Positions 9,784 through 20,574 are shown, numbered from the stretch's first letter. The stretch: DNA of 64,000 bases from an uncultured Lachnospiraceae bacterium (GCA_964591265.1 CAZQAB010000015.1:301-64300); one strand, 5' to 3'. The notes: a model not told the origin generated them from the letters alone. Numbers and translations: made by a program.

Positions 9784-11508
9784 ATGGAGCATAAATGGAA
9801 ACGGCTTGTAGGGTACTACAGGCCGTATCTTGGGTTATTTATAAGCGATATGTTTTTTGCAATACTGGGGGCGGGAGTCACACTGGCGATCCCCCTGATC
9901 GTACGGTTCATCACCTACAATGTCATCAGCCTGCCGGGAGCCGAGGCGATAGCGATCATCCGACGGCTGGGGGCTATTATGATCGCCATGGTGGCGGTGG
10001 AGTGCTTCTGTAATTTCTATATCGGTTATTACGGACATATCATGGGCGCGAAGATCGAGCACGATATGCGCAATGAGATATTCAGCCATTATCAGAAGCT
10101 GTCCTTTGCTTTCTATGACAATCAGAAGATCGGGCAGCTTCTCTCCAGGGTCACCTCGGATCTGTTCGATATCAGCGAGCTGCTTCATCACGGACCGGAG
10201 GATATTGTGATCTCACTGATCAAATTTTTCGGATCCTTTGTCATCCTGGTGCATATCAACCGGACGCTGACCTTTGTGGCGTTTGCCTTTGTGCCGGTGA
10301 TCCTGCTCTATGCCCTGATCCTGAACAAGCGGATGAAAAAGGCATTCCGGCGCAACCGGGAGCGGATCGCGGATATCAACAGCCAGATCGAGGACAGCCT
10401 GTCCGGTATACGGGTGGTGAAATCCTTTGGCAATGAGGCCATCGAACTGGACAAGTTCCACGAGGGCAATGACCGCTTTGTACAGTCGAAGCGCAGCAGC
10501 TATTTGTATATGGGCGCCTACAATTCCGGACTGGGGGCGCTGGTGACGCTGGTAACCATTGTGGTGCTTATCGCGGGCGCCGGGCTGATTACCGGGGGGC
10601 GCATGGCGGTGACGGATCTTGTGACCTTCCTGCTCTATATCAACAACTTTACGGAACCCATCAAAAAGCTGATCACCCTGACCGAACAGTTTCAGAACGG
10701 GTTTTCCGGCTATGAGCGGTTTCTGGAGATCATCGATATCCAGCCGGACATCGAGGACGCCCCGGATGCGGTCCCCGTGGATCATGTCACCGGGGATATC
10801 TGTTTTGACAATGTATCTTTTAAATACGAGGAAAAACAGGATACGGTGCTCAGCCACATCGACCTGCACGTAAAGGCGGGAGATTATCTGGCCATTGTGG
10901 GCTCCTCCGGCGGAGGCAAGACCACGCTGTGCAGCCTGATCCCCCGGTTTTATGATGTGGATGCAGGACGCATCCTTCTGGACGGCACGGACATCCGCAA
11001 GATTCGTCTGGAGGATCTGAGACGGCAGATCGGCATTGTGCAGCAGGACGTGTATCTGTTCGCAGAGAATATCATGGAAAACATCCGCTACGGAAAGCCG
11101 GACGCCACGGACGAGGAGGTTATCCGGGCGGCCAGGCTGGCGAATGCCCATGAGTTTATCAGTCAGCTTCCAGACGGTTATCTGACGGAAATCGGCCAGC
11201 GGGGCGTAAAACTCTCCGGCGGCCAGAAGCAGCGGCTCTCCATCGCGCGGGTATTTCTGAAAAACCCGACCATCCTGATTTTTGATGAAGCCACCTCCGC
11301 TCTGGACAATGAGAGCGAGAAGATCGTGCAGCAGTCCATGGAAGCGCTGGCAAAGGGCAGGACTACGTTTGTGATCGCCCACCGCCTTTCCACCATCCGC
11401 AACGCGCCGAAAATTCTCGTGCTGACGGCCAGGGGGATCGAGGAGCAGGGCACCCACGAGGAACTGATGGAGCAGAACGGCATTTACGCGGGGCTGTACC
11501 GGGCGTAG
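9784..11508 (+). CDS. ABC exporter, fused permease/ATPase
   Basis: GSSGGGKT, LSGGQKQ, IFDEATS. Confidence 0.92.
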   Translation: MEHKWKRLVGYYRPYLGLFISDMFFAILGAGVTLAIPLIVRFITYNVISLPGAEAIAIIRRLGAIMIAMVAVECFCNFYIGYYGHIMGAKIEHDMRNEIFSHYQKLSFAFYDNQKIGQLLSRVTSDLFDISELLHHGPEDIVISLIKFFGSFVILVHINRTLTFVAFAFVPVILLYALILNKRMKKAFRRNRERIADINSQIEDSLSGIRVVKSFGNEAIELDKFHEGNDRFVQSKRSSYLYMGAYNSGLGALVTLVTIVVLIAGAGLITGGRMAVTDLVTFLLYINNFTEPIKKLITLTEQFQNGFSGYERFLEIIDIQPDIEDAPDAVPVDHVTGDICFDNVSFKYEEKQDTVLSHIDLHVKAGDYLAIVGSSGGGKTTLCSLIPRFYDVDAGRILLDGTDIRKIRLEDLRRQIGIVQQDVYLFAENIMENIRYGKPDATDEEVIRAARLANAHEFISQLPDGYLTEIGQRGVKLSGGQKQRLSIARVFLKNPTILIFDEATSALDNESEKIVQQSMEALAKGRTTFVIAHRLSTIRNAPKILVLTARGIEEQGTHEELMEQNGIYAGLYRA

Positions 11509-11526
11509 AAAGGAGCAGGCAGACAT

Positions 11527-12582
11527 ATGAAGAACTGGGAAAAGAACATCCGCAGGGTCGTCCCCTATGTGCCGGGAGAACAGCCGAAAAATCAGGGCGT
11601 GATCAAATTAAATACCAACGAGAACCCCTATCCTCCCTCTCCTAAGGTAGCGGAAGCGCTGCGGGAGATGACCACAGGGCGGATGCATAAGTACCCCGAT
11701 CCCGCAGCGGAGCAGCTGATCGGCGCCATTGCGGCGGAGTATCAGGTGAAGCCCTCCCAGGTTTTTCCGGGAGTGGGTTCCGACGATGTCCTTGCCATGT
11801 CCTTTCTGACCTTTTTCAACTCGGACCGGCCGATTCTCTTTCCCGATATCACGTATTCCTTTTATGATGTCTGGGCGGATCTGTTTCGCATACCCTATAA
11901 GCGCCAGCCTCTGGACGGCGAATTTCAGATCGTCAAGGAGGATTACTACAAAGAGAACGGAGGCGTGGTTTTTCCAAACCCAAACGCCCCCACCGGGGCG
12001 CTGATGCCCCTTTCGGATATCGGGGATATCCTCTCCCACAATCCGGATGTGGTTGTGATCGTGGATGAGGCGTATATTGATTTCGGCGGCGTATCCGCCC
12101 TTGGCCTGCTGGACAAATATGAGAATCTGCTGATCGTGCAGACCTTCTCCAAGTCCCGCTCCATGGCGGGGATGCGCATCGGTTACGCTCTGGGCAATGA
12201 GACGCTGATCCGGTATCTGAATGATGTGAAATATTCTTTCAATTCCTACACTATGAACGAGGCGGCCATCGTTCTGGGCATGGCGGCGTCCCGGGATCAC
12301 GCTTATTTTGAGGAGACCAGGGAGAAAATCATCGCTACCAGAGAGAGGGCAAAAAAAGAGCTTGCGTCTCTTGGCTTTACCTTTGCAGACTCAAAAGCAA
12401 ACTTTCTATTCGTAACCCATGAGCGCGTCCCGGCCTCAGAACTCTTTGCCGCTCTGAAGCAGGAGGGCATCTACGTCCGCTATTTCAACAAGCCCCGGAT
12501 CGACAATTACCTGCGGATCACCATCGGGACCGACGAAGAGATGGAGGTGCTGTATCGGTTTCTGCGTGAGTATCTGTTGTGA
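11527..12582 (+). CDS. hisC: Histidinol-phosphate aminotransferase
   Basis: KLNTNENPYPPS, NPNAPTG, VDEAYIDF, TFSKSRSMAGMRIG. Confidence 0.95.
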   Translation: MKNWEKNIRRVVPYVPGEQPKNQGVIKLNTNENPYPPSPKVAEALREMTTGRMHKYPDPAAEQLIGAIAAEYQVKPSQVFPGVGSDDVLAMSFLTFFNSDRPILFPDITYSFYDVWADLFRIPYKRQPLDGEFQIVKEDYYKENGGVVFPNPNAPTGALMPLSDIGDILSHNPDVVVIVDEAYIDFGGVSALGLLDKYENLLIVQTFSKSRSMAGMRIGYALGNETLIRYLNDVKYSFNSYTMNEAAIVLGMAASRDHAYFEETREKIIATRERAKKELASLGFTFADSKANFLFVTHERVPASELFAALKQEGIYVRYFNKPRIDNYLRITIGTDEEMEVLYRFLREYLL

Positions 12583-12648
12583 AAAGGCCAGGATCTTCAG
12601 GAATGTTTGGGCAGCCTGAAGTGTTTTGCCATACATTAATTTTACGCC

Positions 12649-12683
12649 AACTGCCGGATCCTTTCGAGATCTGGCAGTTTTTT
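12649..12683 (+). terminator. Intrinsic terminator after hisC
   Basis: aactgccggatc-ctttcga-gatctggcagtt followed by a T-tract. Confidence 0.85.
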
Positions 12684-12849
12684 ATTTCATGCAAACCACA
12701 GATGTGGCTCATCCATTTATCCCCTCCTCCTGGTATCAAAATCTTCATAGTATTTTGATGGGAAATATCATATAATGGGCACATAATACAGGCGGTTGTG
12801 AGAAGGCTTGATTTATGGGTGATTGGTACGGAAACTGGAAGGTGTTGAG

Positions 12850-13689
12850 ATGAAAGAACAGAAGAAATTTTTCATTGAGGGAACCAAGATACCGGTGATG
12901 GTGACAGACTATGACTGGACTTATGCTGCGCTGCACTGGCATAGCTATTGGGAGATCCTGATGCAGACAGAGGGGAGAACAGAGGTGGTTATAGGCAAGG
13001 AAACATTTGTTTCGGAGGAGGGAAACATTACCATTGTACAGCCGAATCAGATTCATGCCACAAGAAAGATATCTGATAAGGCAAACATTCTGCTGCTTCA
13101 GTTTGAAACCTCCGTGCTGATGCCGGTGATGGATTTTGACATAGAGCAGAAATATATTTCTCTGCTGATCAACGGGGGATACTTTGTAAAAAATCGTGTG
13201 GAAATGGCAGACTGCCGGGAAATCGCGGAAGATCTATATCAGCTTCTGGAGTCGCAGAAAGGAAAAAGAGACGGATATGAATTTGAGATGTATGCCAGGA
13301 TCCTGCATCTTTTTTCTACGCTTATACGAAAAAAATATCTGGATATTCCGAAGCTGGAAGATGATCGGAACAATGCGTTTCTGGCAATCAGGCCGGCTAT
13401 CCTGTTCATTGAGCAGAATTACAGCAAAAAAATCAGTCAGCAGGAGATGGCTCAGCTATGCCATCTGAGTTTGTCTCATTTTTCAAGGCAGTTCAAAAAA
13501 GCGGTAGGGGCGAGTATGGTGGATTACATTAACCGGATCCGGTTAAAAGAAGCGGTTCGTATGCTGAAGACAGAAACAACCTGTATCTATGAAATCAGCG
13601 CGGCCACCGGATTTTCATCTGTGAATTACTTTAATAAAGTGTTTAAAAAACGCTATGGTGTCAGCCCGAGAGTATATCGAGCAAAATAG
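12850..13689 (+). CDS. AraC-family regulator with cupin sensor domain
   Basis: LHWHSYWEI cupin motif; C-terminal double HTH (GFSSVNYFNKVFKKRYGVSP). Confidence 0.93.
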   Translation: MKEQKKFFIEGTKIPVMVTDYDWTYAALHWHSYWEILMQTEGRTEVVIGKETFVSEEGNITIVQPNQIHATRKISDKANILLLQFETSVLMPVMDFDIEQKYISLLINGGYFVKNRVEMADCREIAEDLYQLLESQKGKRDGYEFEMYARILHLFSTLIRKKYLDIPKLEDDRNNAFLAIRPAILFIEQNYSKKISQQEMAQLCHLSLSHFSRQFKKAVGASMVDYINRIRLKEAVRMLKTETTCIYEISAATGFSSVNYFNKVFKKRYGVSPRVYRAK

Positions 13690-13802
13690 TTTAAGTTTGT
13701 AATAAGATTTCTGTAGAAACAGCTAAGATAAATTGACTAAAATATAGTCACAAAACAGCGCTGCGTTAGTAAAAATTACAATGAAAAGGGGGAAATCTGT
13801 TT

Positions 13803-15053
13803 ATGAGGACAAAAAGAGGAATAGCGTTCCTTGCATGTGCTTCTGTTCTGTGTTTAAGTTTGCCATTTTCTGCGGCGGCGGAAGAGGAAAAACCAGAGTC
13901 AGTTACGATTATCTGCACTACGGATGATGTGGCTTATTTTGAGTATGTCGGAGAAAAATACACCCAGGAGTATGGAGTTGGTGTTGAAGTGATCAGCCAG
14001 GCATACGATGACACAAAGACCAAGATTACTGCCAGTGTGACGAGCGGAAACGCGGATATTGCATATCTGGATGTGGTGTGGCCGGCGGAATTTGCAAAAA
14101 ATGGTATGCTTCTTCCGCTCGATGATTATTATACAGAGGAGATGAAAGAAGATCTTCTGGAAGGCTCCATAGATCAGATGTCTGCAAATGGTGTCATTTA
14201 CGGGGTTCCGTTCTGTAACAATGGTATGTTTATGTATTACAATACAGAGATGCTTCAGGAAGCGGGCTACGAGGCGCCTCCCGAAACCTGGGAGGAACTG
14301 AAAGAGATGAGCCAGACCATGCAGGAGATGGGAATCTGCAAATATGGAACTGCATGGCCGGGCCTGCAGGCGGAGGGTTCTGTATGCAATATGTCTACGC
14401 TGCTCTATTCCTTTGGCGGAAAGTGGATCGACGACGATGGCAATTTTGCTTTCAACAGCGATGCCGGCGTAGAGGCAGTGGAATTTATGGTAGATTCCAT
14501 CGCCGATGGATGGGCGGATCCCTCCTCTACGGCATATTCGGATCGTGATATTCTGGATACTTTTCTCGCGGGAGATATAGCGTTCGTGACGAATTGGTCT
14601 TATGCCCTTGGGGTGGCGAATGACCCGGAGCAGTCTCAGGTGGCGGGGCAGGTGGATGTGTGCCTGGTTCCTGGCGCGAATGGAACGAGAAGCGCTTTTG
14701 TCACAGGGGGAGGAGGACTTGGAATTCTGAGCACTTCCAAATCCCCGGACTATGCATGGAAGTTTTTGGAAATGGTTGCGGATTATGATAATCAGGCATA
14801 CGCCTGTGAGAACTATGGCGTGATGCCCACGCTCAAGTCAGTGTTTGAGAATCCGCAGCTCCAGGAGGAATATGAATATCTGAAGCTCATGTATCCGCAG
14901 TTTGAGTATCCCGCAAACCGTCCAGCGGTTCCAGACTACAGCGAATGGTCAAACACAATACAGGTGGCGCTGAGTTCTATTATGATCGGAGAAGTGGATG
15001 TGAAAACGGGACTGGACAATGCATACGAGGCAGTGAAGGGTTATCTGGACTGA
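13803..15053 (+). CDS. Carbohydrate ABC transporter (CUT1) solute-binding protein
   Basis: Signal peptide, DVVWPAEFA, MYYNTEML...PPETWEEL; acidic composition. Confidence 0.92.
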   Translation: MRTKRGIAFLACASVLCLSLPFSAAAEEEKPESVTIICTTDDVAYFEYVGEKYTQEYGVGVEVISQAYDDTKTKITASVTSGNADIAYLDVVWPAEFAKNGMLLPLDDYYTEEMKEDLLEGSIDQMSANGVIYGVPFCNNGMFMYYNTEMLQEAGYEAPPETWEELKEMSQTMQEMGICKYGTAWPGLQAEGSVCNMSTLLYSFGGKWIDDDGNFAFNSDAGVEAVEFMVDSIADGWADPSSTAYSDRDILDTFLAGDIAFVTNWSYALGVANDPEQSQVAGQVDVCLVPGANGTRSAFVTGGGGLGILSTSKSPDYAWKFLEMVADYDNQAYACENYGVMPTLKSVFENPQLQEEYEYLKLMYPQFEYPANRPAVPDYSEWSNTIQVALSSIMIGEVDVKTGLDNAYEAVKGYLD

Positions 15054-15159
15054 GGACTGTTTTCTCGGATTGAAGAACTGCCACAGGCGATGAAAATCAG
15101 CCATGTGGCAGTTCTGTTTTACAGGGAGGTCAGGCAACAGGCAGACAGGAGAGATTATT

Positions 15160-16047
15160 TTGAAAAAATGGCATCGATATTTGGAAAAAGAAAAAAACAC
15201 GGCGCATCTGATGGTTTTTCCGGCAGCGCTGATGATCATGCTGCTGGGCGTCGTGCCGATCCTCTATGTGATATGGCTTAGTTTCAGTTGGGTGAATCCG
15301 GTCACAATGGAGACGGAATTTATCGGGCTGGCAAATTACAGAGAGATAATGGGCAATACCGAGTTTTGGAGATCCATGGGAATCACCTTGTATTTTACGT
15401 TTGTATCCATTTTTCTGCAGATTTTTCTGGGCATTATGGTGGCGCTGCTCCTCAACCAGGAATTCCGGGGGAGATGGTTTGTACGGACGATCTGTCTGCT
15501 GCCCTGGACCGTTCCGACGCTGGTAAACGCAAACCTTTGGAAGTGGATGCTCAATACCACTTACGGGATTGTAAACAAACTGCTTATGGCACTTCATATC
15601 ATCCATCAGGAAATTTTCTGGATGGGGAAGCCCTTTCTGACCCTGAACACGGTGATCGTCGTAGATACCTGGCGAATGCTGCCGATGGTGGCTCTGATGC
15701 TGCTGGCATCGATGCAGACAGTCTCCCGGACTATGCTGGAGGCGGCTACTGTGGATGGGGCGGGAGCGGCGAAACGACTGATTTATATATATCTGCCTTC
15801 GATCCGTCCTATGATTCTGGTGGTTCTGGTGCTCAGAACTATTCAGGCCTTCCGCGTCTTTGATATAATCTATACCATGACAAAAGGAGGTCCTGGAAAC
15901 GGAACCATGGTTTTGAGCTTTTATACTTACTATGAGATTTTTAATTACCTGAATTATGGAAAGGGAGCGGCCATTGCCCTGATTATTCTGGCGGTGGTAT
16001 TGGCTCTGTCCCTTGTATATATGAAGGTACTCAGCAAAAAGGAATGA
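15160..16047 (+). CDS. CUT1 sugar ABC permease
   Basis: FIGLANY; EAA loop LEAATVDGA; probable TTG start after AGGAG. Confidence 0.9.
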   Translation: MKKWHRYLEKEKNTAHLMVFPAALMIMLLGVVPILYVIWLSFSWVNPVTMETEFIGLANYREIMGNTEFWRSMGITLYFTFVSIFLQIFLGIMVALLLNQEFRGRWFVRTICLLPWTVPTLVNANLWKWMLNTTYGIVNKLLMALHIIHQEIFWMGKPFLTLNTVIVVDTWRMLPMVALMLLASMQTVSRTMLEAATVDGAGAAKRLIYIYLPSIRPMILVVLVLRTIQAFRVFDIIYTMTKGGPGNGTMVLSFYTYYEIFNYLNYGKGAAIALIILAVVLALSLVYMKVLSKKE

Positions 16048-16051
16048 TACC

Positions 16052-16921
16052 ATGACTAAAAAGAAGTGGAAACGAATCGGGATCTATTTTGCAGCCGCAG
16101 TGCTGGTGCTCTGGAGTATTCTCCCGGTACTTTGGATGTTCATATCGAGCATCACGCCCAGCAATGAAATCATTGACGCGTCGCAGTTACTGCCATCCCA
16201 TTTCACCTTTGACCGGTATAAAATGATTTTCTTCGGATGGCAGATCGAGGGAGTGAACAGAAATGCCGCGATGCAGTCTGCGGTTTTTCGGAATGCCCTG
16301 CTCAACAGCACGATTGTGGCGGTGGTGACCACAGCGGTCAGCATTGGGATTGGAGCCTCGGCTTCCTACGCGTTTGCGCGGCTCAAATTCAGGGGCAAAA
16401 ACATTTTGAGCTTCTCAGCACTGTTTTTCCAGCTGCTGCCGCCCATTGCGCTTCTGATTCCATACTACATTGTAATCAGTCGGCTGGGGATGCTTGACCG
16501 CCTGGAAACGCTGATCCTGGTCAATGTAAACTTTGTGTTATCCTATGTGATCTGGGTGATGCAGAACTTTTTTAAGACCATACCGGCGGATCTGGAAAAT
16601 GCCGCCAGGGTTGACGGTTGCACCTGGCTTCAGGCGTATAGCAAGGTGGCACTTCCCAACGCGCTTCCGGGATTTGTCGCGGTGGGCGCTCTGGCTTTTT
16701 TGATGTGCTGGGACGAATTCATGTACGCCCTCGTATTTGCCCAGTCTGACCGGGCCAAAATGATCACGGTGGCGGTTTCGGAGTTTGGTACAAAGTACGG
16801 CATTGACTATGGGATGATGATGACTGCGGGCGTGGTGGCGACAATCATCCCCATGCTGCTGGTACTGTTTTTCCAGAAATATATTGTATCTGGGCTGACA
16901 TCAGGTGCAGTCAAAGAATAA
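16052..16921 (+). CDS. CUT1 sugar ABC permease
   Basis: LENAARVDGC loop; FFQKYIVSGLTSGAVKE C-terminus. Confidence 0.93.
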   Translation: MTKKKWKRIGIYFAAAVLVLWSILPVLWMFISSITPSNEIIDASQLLPSHFTFDRYKMIFFGWQIEGVNRNAAMQSAVFRNALLNSTIVAVVTTAVSIGIGASASYAFARLKFRGKNILSFSALFFQLLPPIALLIPYYIVISRLGMLDRLETLILVNVNFVLSYVIWVMQNFFKTIPADLENAARVDGCTWLQAYSKVALPNALPGFVAVGALAFLMCWDEFMYALVFAQSDRAKMITVAVSEFGTKYGIDYGMMMTAGVVATIIPMLLVLFFQKYIVSGLTSGAVKE

Positions 16922-16949
16922 TAGACAGATTAAGGAAAGGTGACTTAGG

Positions 16950-19271
16950 ATGGAATTGCAGTTTTTATCTATATATGAAAAATTTTTTTTGGTTCTGAAG
17001 GACGAGCTTCGCAAAGCGGAAGTAAGGGTTGATTTTCCGGCGCTTATCCAGATTCTGGGGGGAAAAAACATCCGGACGCGTTATGATAGGGTACAGAAGA
17101 ATGGGAATGTATATACGGCGGAGGCGGCAGTTTGCGTAAACAAAGATTACAGGCTGCTTTTGACGGACGAGTGGGAAATAAGCGATGAGGATGAAGTGTC
17201 TCTCAAAAGAAGCGTAGTGTGCCAGAGCAGGGAGAATTACAAGAAGGGTCTGCGTTTCACCACGGAATTTCGGATCAATGATGCGTGCGCGGACAGCTTT
17301 GACGATTATCAGATCGTCTTTCCGGGATCGTTTTATAACAAAAACGACACGGATCTGGATGGCATGGACGATTATCTTGGCACCTATAATCAGGATTATA
17401 AGGATGACAGGAACCCGGGACTTTTTGAAACGGCATGGTGTCCGAAATCCGGGAACTACTTTTCCCTGCTTAGAGGGGATGTGCCCAGCCTGGATGAGAG
17501 CGTAACGAGGGAACAGTTAGAAATGCGTCACTTCATCCAGCGTACAGACATTGGTTCCCTTGGCTTTTCGCCCTCCATGTACAGAACCGGAGAGATGGTT
17601 TTGCGGTGTGACTATCCGTTCTATGAGAGGAATTCCTTTTGCCTGAATGTAGATGGCTCGGAATGGGCCGGTTATAAGGAAATGGGGGATGGGGATGAGT
17701 TTGCTGTATCCTATATTTTCAGAACGGGTAGCGGGAATTCTCTTACGGATGCCGGATGGCAGTGCTGTGTTTATCAGATGGAACGTATATTAGATGATGA
17801 TATCCAGCTGCCTTTTACCCTGCAGGAATCTATGGACAGCAGACGGGAACTGACCCATAACAGCTACCGGGAGTTTCCTGAGAAGAGGGATTGTCCGGCG
17901 GGCTATTTTGTACATTTTTCTCCCCGGCAGGAATATGGGAAGCAGAATATTCTGGAATATGGATTTGCAGGCCAGCAGCAGATGCTAAGCTATACAATGC
18001 TGTGCGCCGCCAGAGACCTGAAATCGTCAGAACACAGGCGCCGTGCGATACGTACTCTGGAATTTTTTATGAAAAAGGGGATACACAGCTCCGGTATACC
18101 TTATGGTTTGTATGATGTTGACAGGGAGGAATATATTTTCTGGTGGACGGGGGTATTGTTTCCGTTCCAGTACAGCCATAACCGGGACGAGCTGGAAAAA
18201 TATCTGGGCAAACAAGTAGTCAGCGCGATCCTGCCGATTGCGGACGAGCTAAAGAAAAACGATGGCAATTATACCAGGACAATGGTGGAAGCAATGTATT
18301 ATCTGTGGCTGTGTTATGAAGAGGAGCGAAAGGACGGTATTCTCCATGAGGACTGGAAAAAAGCAGTGTTGGATTTCTGCGATACGCTTATCCGTATACA
18401 GAATGAAAATGGCTCCTGGTACAGAGCATATACCATGGATGGCAGACCGCTGACCTCGCCTGCGCAGTGGTTTGGATGCAATGAGCTTGAGCAGGGATCC
18501 GGTTCTATTTTCCCGGTCGAGGTGCTGGAAAAGGTATACCGGGAAACAGGGAATGAAAAATACCGGGCGGCCAGCAGGAAAGCGGCGGATTTTATATGCA
18601 GATTCTATGTGCCAGAGATCTGCTATGTCGGTGGGCTGAACGATACGACCCATAGAAAATCTGTGAAAATTGACGCCGTGGGCGTGATGTTCGCTATGAG
18701 GACCCTTTTGCTTACCTATGAAATGACAAAGGATGAAAAATATCTGGCAGCGGCATCGGATGCCGGGAAAGTGCTGGCCACATGGACGTATTTGTGGGAT
18801 ATTCCCTTTGATAAGCGTACGCTGCTTGGGCAGCACGGATTTAAGACCACCGGCTGGGCAGGTTGCGACGTGATTCCGGCCTGCAGTTATGTGGATGATG
18901 AATTCGCGGAATTTGTACCGGACCTGCTCAGGATTGCGGAGTATTGTAAGAATATCCACCTCGCAAAAATTGCGAAAATTGTGTTTCTGGGAATGCAGCA
19001 TGGGATGTCCACGCCAACGGATATGTATGGATATTCCATGGCGGGAATCCAATGTGAGGGCTATATGACCTCCTTTTGGCTGTCAGACACGGAAAATCCC
19101 GAATTTTCGGGGGCTGTCGCGAAGATGAAGGGGGATGACAATGACACGTGCAATGGGCTGATCAACGGTCAGCAGCTTGCCACCATGCACACCCTCCTGC
19201 ACCGATATGGGACCATGGACATGAACCGGATTATCGCGCAGGTTATGGGGAGGGGAAAAAGAGGGGAGTGA
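16950..19271 (+). CDS. Uncharacterised 773-aa cytoplasmic protein with probable C-terminal (alpha/alpha)6 six-hairpin glycosidase-like domain
   Basis: Repeated helical-hairpin motifs (IQNENGSWYR; VYRETGNEKYRAASRKAADFI; TYEMTKDEKYLAAA); no signal peptide; inside a sugar ABC operon. Confidence 0.6.
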   Translation: MELQFLSIYEKFFLVLKDELRKAEVRVDFPALIQILGGKNIRTRYDRVQKNGNVYTAEAAVCVNKDYRLLLTDEWEISDEDEVSLKRSVVCQSRENYKKGLRFTTEFRINDACADSFDDYQIVFPGSFYNKNDTDLDGMDDYLGTYNQDYKDDRNPGLFETAWCPKSGNYFSLLRGDVPSLDESVTREQLEMRHFIQRTDIGSLGFSPSMYRTGEMVLRCDYPFYERNSFCLNVDGSEWAGYKEMGDGDEFAVSYIFRTGSGNSLTDAGWQCCVYQMERILDDDIQLPFTLQESMDSRRELTHNSYREFPEKRDCPAGYFVHFSPRQEYGKQNILEYGFAGQQQMLSYTMLCAARDLKSSEHRRRAIRTLEFFMKKGIHSSGIPYGLYDVDREEYIFWWTGVLFPFQYSHNRDELEKYLGKQVVSAILPIADELKKNDGNYTRTMVEAMYYLWLCYEEERKDGILHEDWKKAVLDFCDTLIRIQNENGSWYRAYTMDGRPLTSPAQWFGCNELEQGSGSIFPVEVLEKVYRETGNEKYRAASRKAADFICRFYVPEICYVGGLNDTTHRKSVKIDAVGVMFAMRTLLLTYEMTKDEKYLAAASDAGKVLATWTYLWDIPFDKRTLLGQHGFKTTGWAGCDVIPACSYVDDEFAEFVPDLLRIAEYCKNIHLAKIAKIVFLGMQHGMSTPTDMYGYSMAGIQCEGYMTSFWLSDTENPEFSGAVAKMKGDDNDTCNGLINGQQLATMHTLLHRYGTMDMNRIIAQVMGRGKRGE

Positions 19272-19276
19272 AACAT

Positions 19277-20485
19277 ATGAATTGCAGACCGGTATGCGCG
19301 GCGATTGTGGGAGCAGGGGCAATCAGCGACATATATCTTACAAATCTTACAACGCGGTTTTCCATCATAGAGATAAAAGCGATCTGTGCGGCTCATCTGG
19401 AAAATGCCCGGAGAAAAGGAAACCAGTACGGGATTCGCGCCTGCAGCTACGAAGAAATCCTTTCGGACAGGGATATTGAGCTGGTTATCAATCTCACGCC
19501 GGCTTATGTACACTATGACATTATCAAGAAAGCGCTGGATGCGGGAAAGCACGTATACACTGAAAAGACAATGACCGAGTCTGTGAATACAGCGGCAGAT
19601 CTGCTGCGGACAGCAGGAGAGAGAGGGCTTTATCTTGCCTGCGGACCGGACAATTTTCTTGCGTCCTCGTTGCAGACAGCCCGCAGGGCGCTGGATGAGG
19701 GATTGATCGGAAAAGTGACTTCATGCTTTGCTGCTGCCAACCGCGATAATGATGTCTATACCAGCAGATATTCTTTTCTGCGCATGCCGGGCGGCGGAAT
19801 ATGCCATGATTACGGGGTGTATTACGTCGGCGCGATGGCATCGCTGCTGGGGCCGATCCGGAGGGCTGCCGCGTTTGTGAAAGCACCCTATAAAAAACGG
19901 ATCAATATCGAGAAGGGAGACCCTGCATTTGGAATGGAAATAGATACGCCTAATGAGAGCCAGGTCTCTGCCATACTTGAATTTGAGAGCGGTATTACAG
20001 GAAATCTTCATCTGAACGCGGACAGTGTCCTGGAAGATCAGGCATATTTTGCAATCTATGGGACGAAGGGAATCCTTTATCTTCCGGAGCCTAACTGGTA
20101 CGGGAAACCGGTCCGACTTTTGCCTTACAATAAAGAGACGGGGGAACTGACGGATATGCGGGTGCTTTCCGGTTCATACGCGTTTCAGGGAAACGACCGC
20201 GGGATTGGAGCTGCGGAGCTGGCATGGTCGATACGAACGGGCCGTCCCTGCCGTGCGAGCAAAGAGCTGGCATATCATATACTGGAAGTGCTGAGCGCTA
20301 TTATAGAGAGCGGAGAGGATGGACAGATACAGGAGATTCACTCTTCCTGCGAACGCCCCGCTCCATTAAAACCGAGAGGAGAAAATGATACGGAAGAGAG
20401 CGTGCTTATCCCGAATCCGCCCGGTAGTGACGGGAAGAATACAGGCCTCTGTTCGGATGACATCCTTACAAAGTCTCTAACGTAA
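19277..20485 (+). CDS. Gfo/Idh/MocA family oxidoreductase
   Basis: AIVGAGAIS, INLTP, GKHVYTEK, GGGICHDYGVYY. Confidence 0.92.
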   Translation: MNCRPVCAAIVGAGAISDIYLTNLTTRFSIIEIKAICAAHLENARRKGNQYGIRACSYEEILSDRDIELVINLTPAYVHYDIIKKALDAGKHVYTEKTMTESVNTAADLLRTAGERGLYLACGPDNFLASSLQTARRALDEGLIGKVTSCFAAANRDNDVYTSRYSFLRMPGGGICHDYGVYYVGAMASLLGPIRRAAAFVKAPYKKRINIEKGDPAFGMEIDTPNESQVSAILEFESGITGNLHLNADSVLEDQAYFAIYGTKGILYLPEPNWYGKPVRLLPYNKETGELTDMRVLSGSYAFQGNDRGIGAAELAWSIRTGRPCRASKELAYHILEVLSAIIESGEDGQIQEIHSSCERPAPLKPRGENDTEESVLIPNPPGSDGKNTGLCSDDILTKSLT

Positions 20486-20502
20486 AACGTGAAAAATATT
20501 GC

Positions 20503-20531
20503 TTGACATAATAAAAAATGCGGAATATAAT
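20503..20531 (+). promoter_or_regulatory. Consensus sigma-A promoter of the LacI gene
   Basis: TTGACA (20503-20508), 17 bp spacer, TATAAT (20526-20531). Confidence 0.85.
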
Positions 20532-20533
20532 GA

Positions 20534-20547
20534 GTTATACGATTAAC
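20534..20547. promoter_or_regulatory. Putative LacI operator 1
   Basis: GTTATACGATTAAC, imperfect palindrome with central CG overlapping the predicted +1; near-copy at 21603. Confidence 0.65.
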
Positions 20548-20574
20548 CAGATGCATGATGCTTGAGGTTTCTAG

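Noticed and set aside
6514-11526. Long antisense ORFs (6514-8127, 8213-9772, 10213-11526; similarly 27934-29283, 30546-31886, 37321-38652, 39852-41390, 42097-44109, 47705-49180)
   Set aside because: Shadow frames opposite well-supported GC3-rich genes; no motifs or RBS, and the H/Q/L/P-rich composition typical of antisense translations
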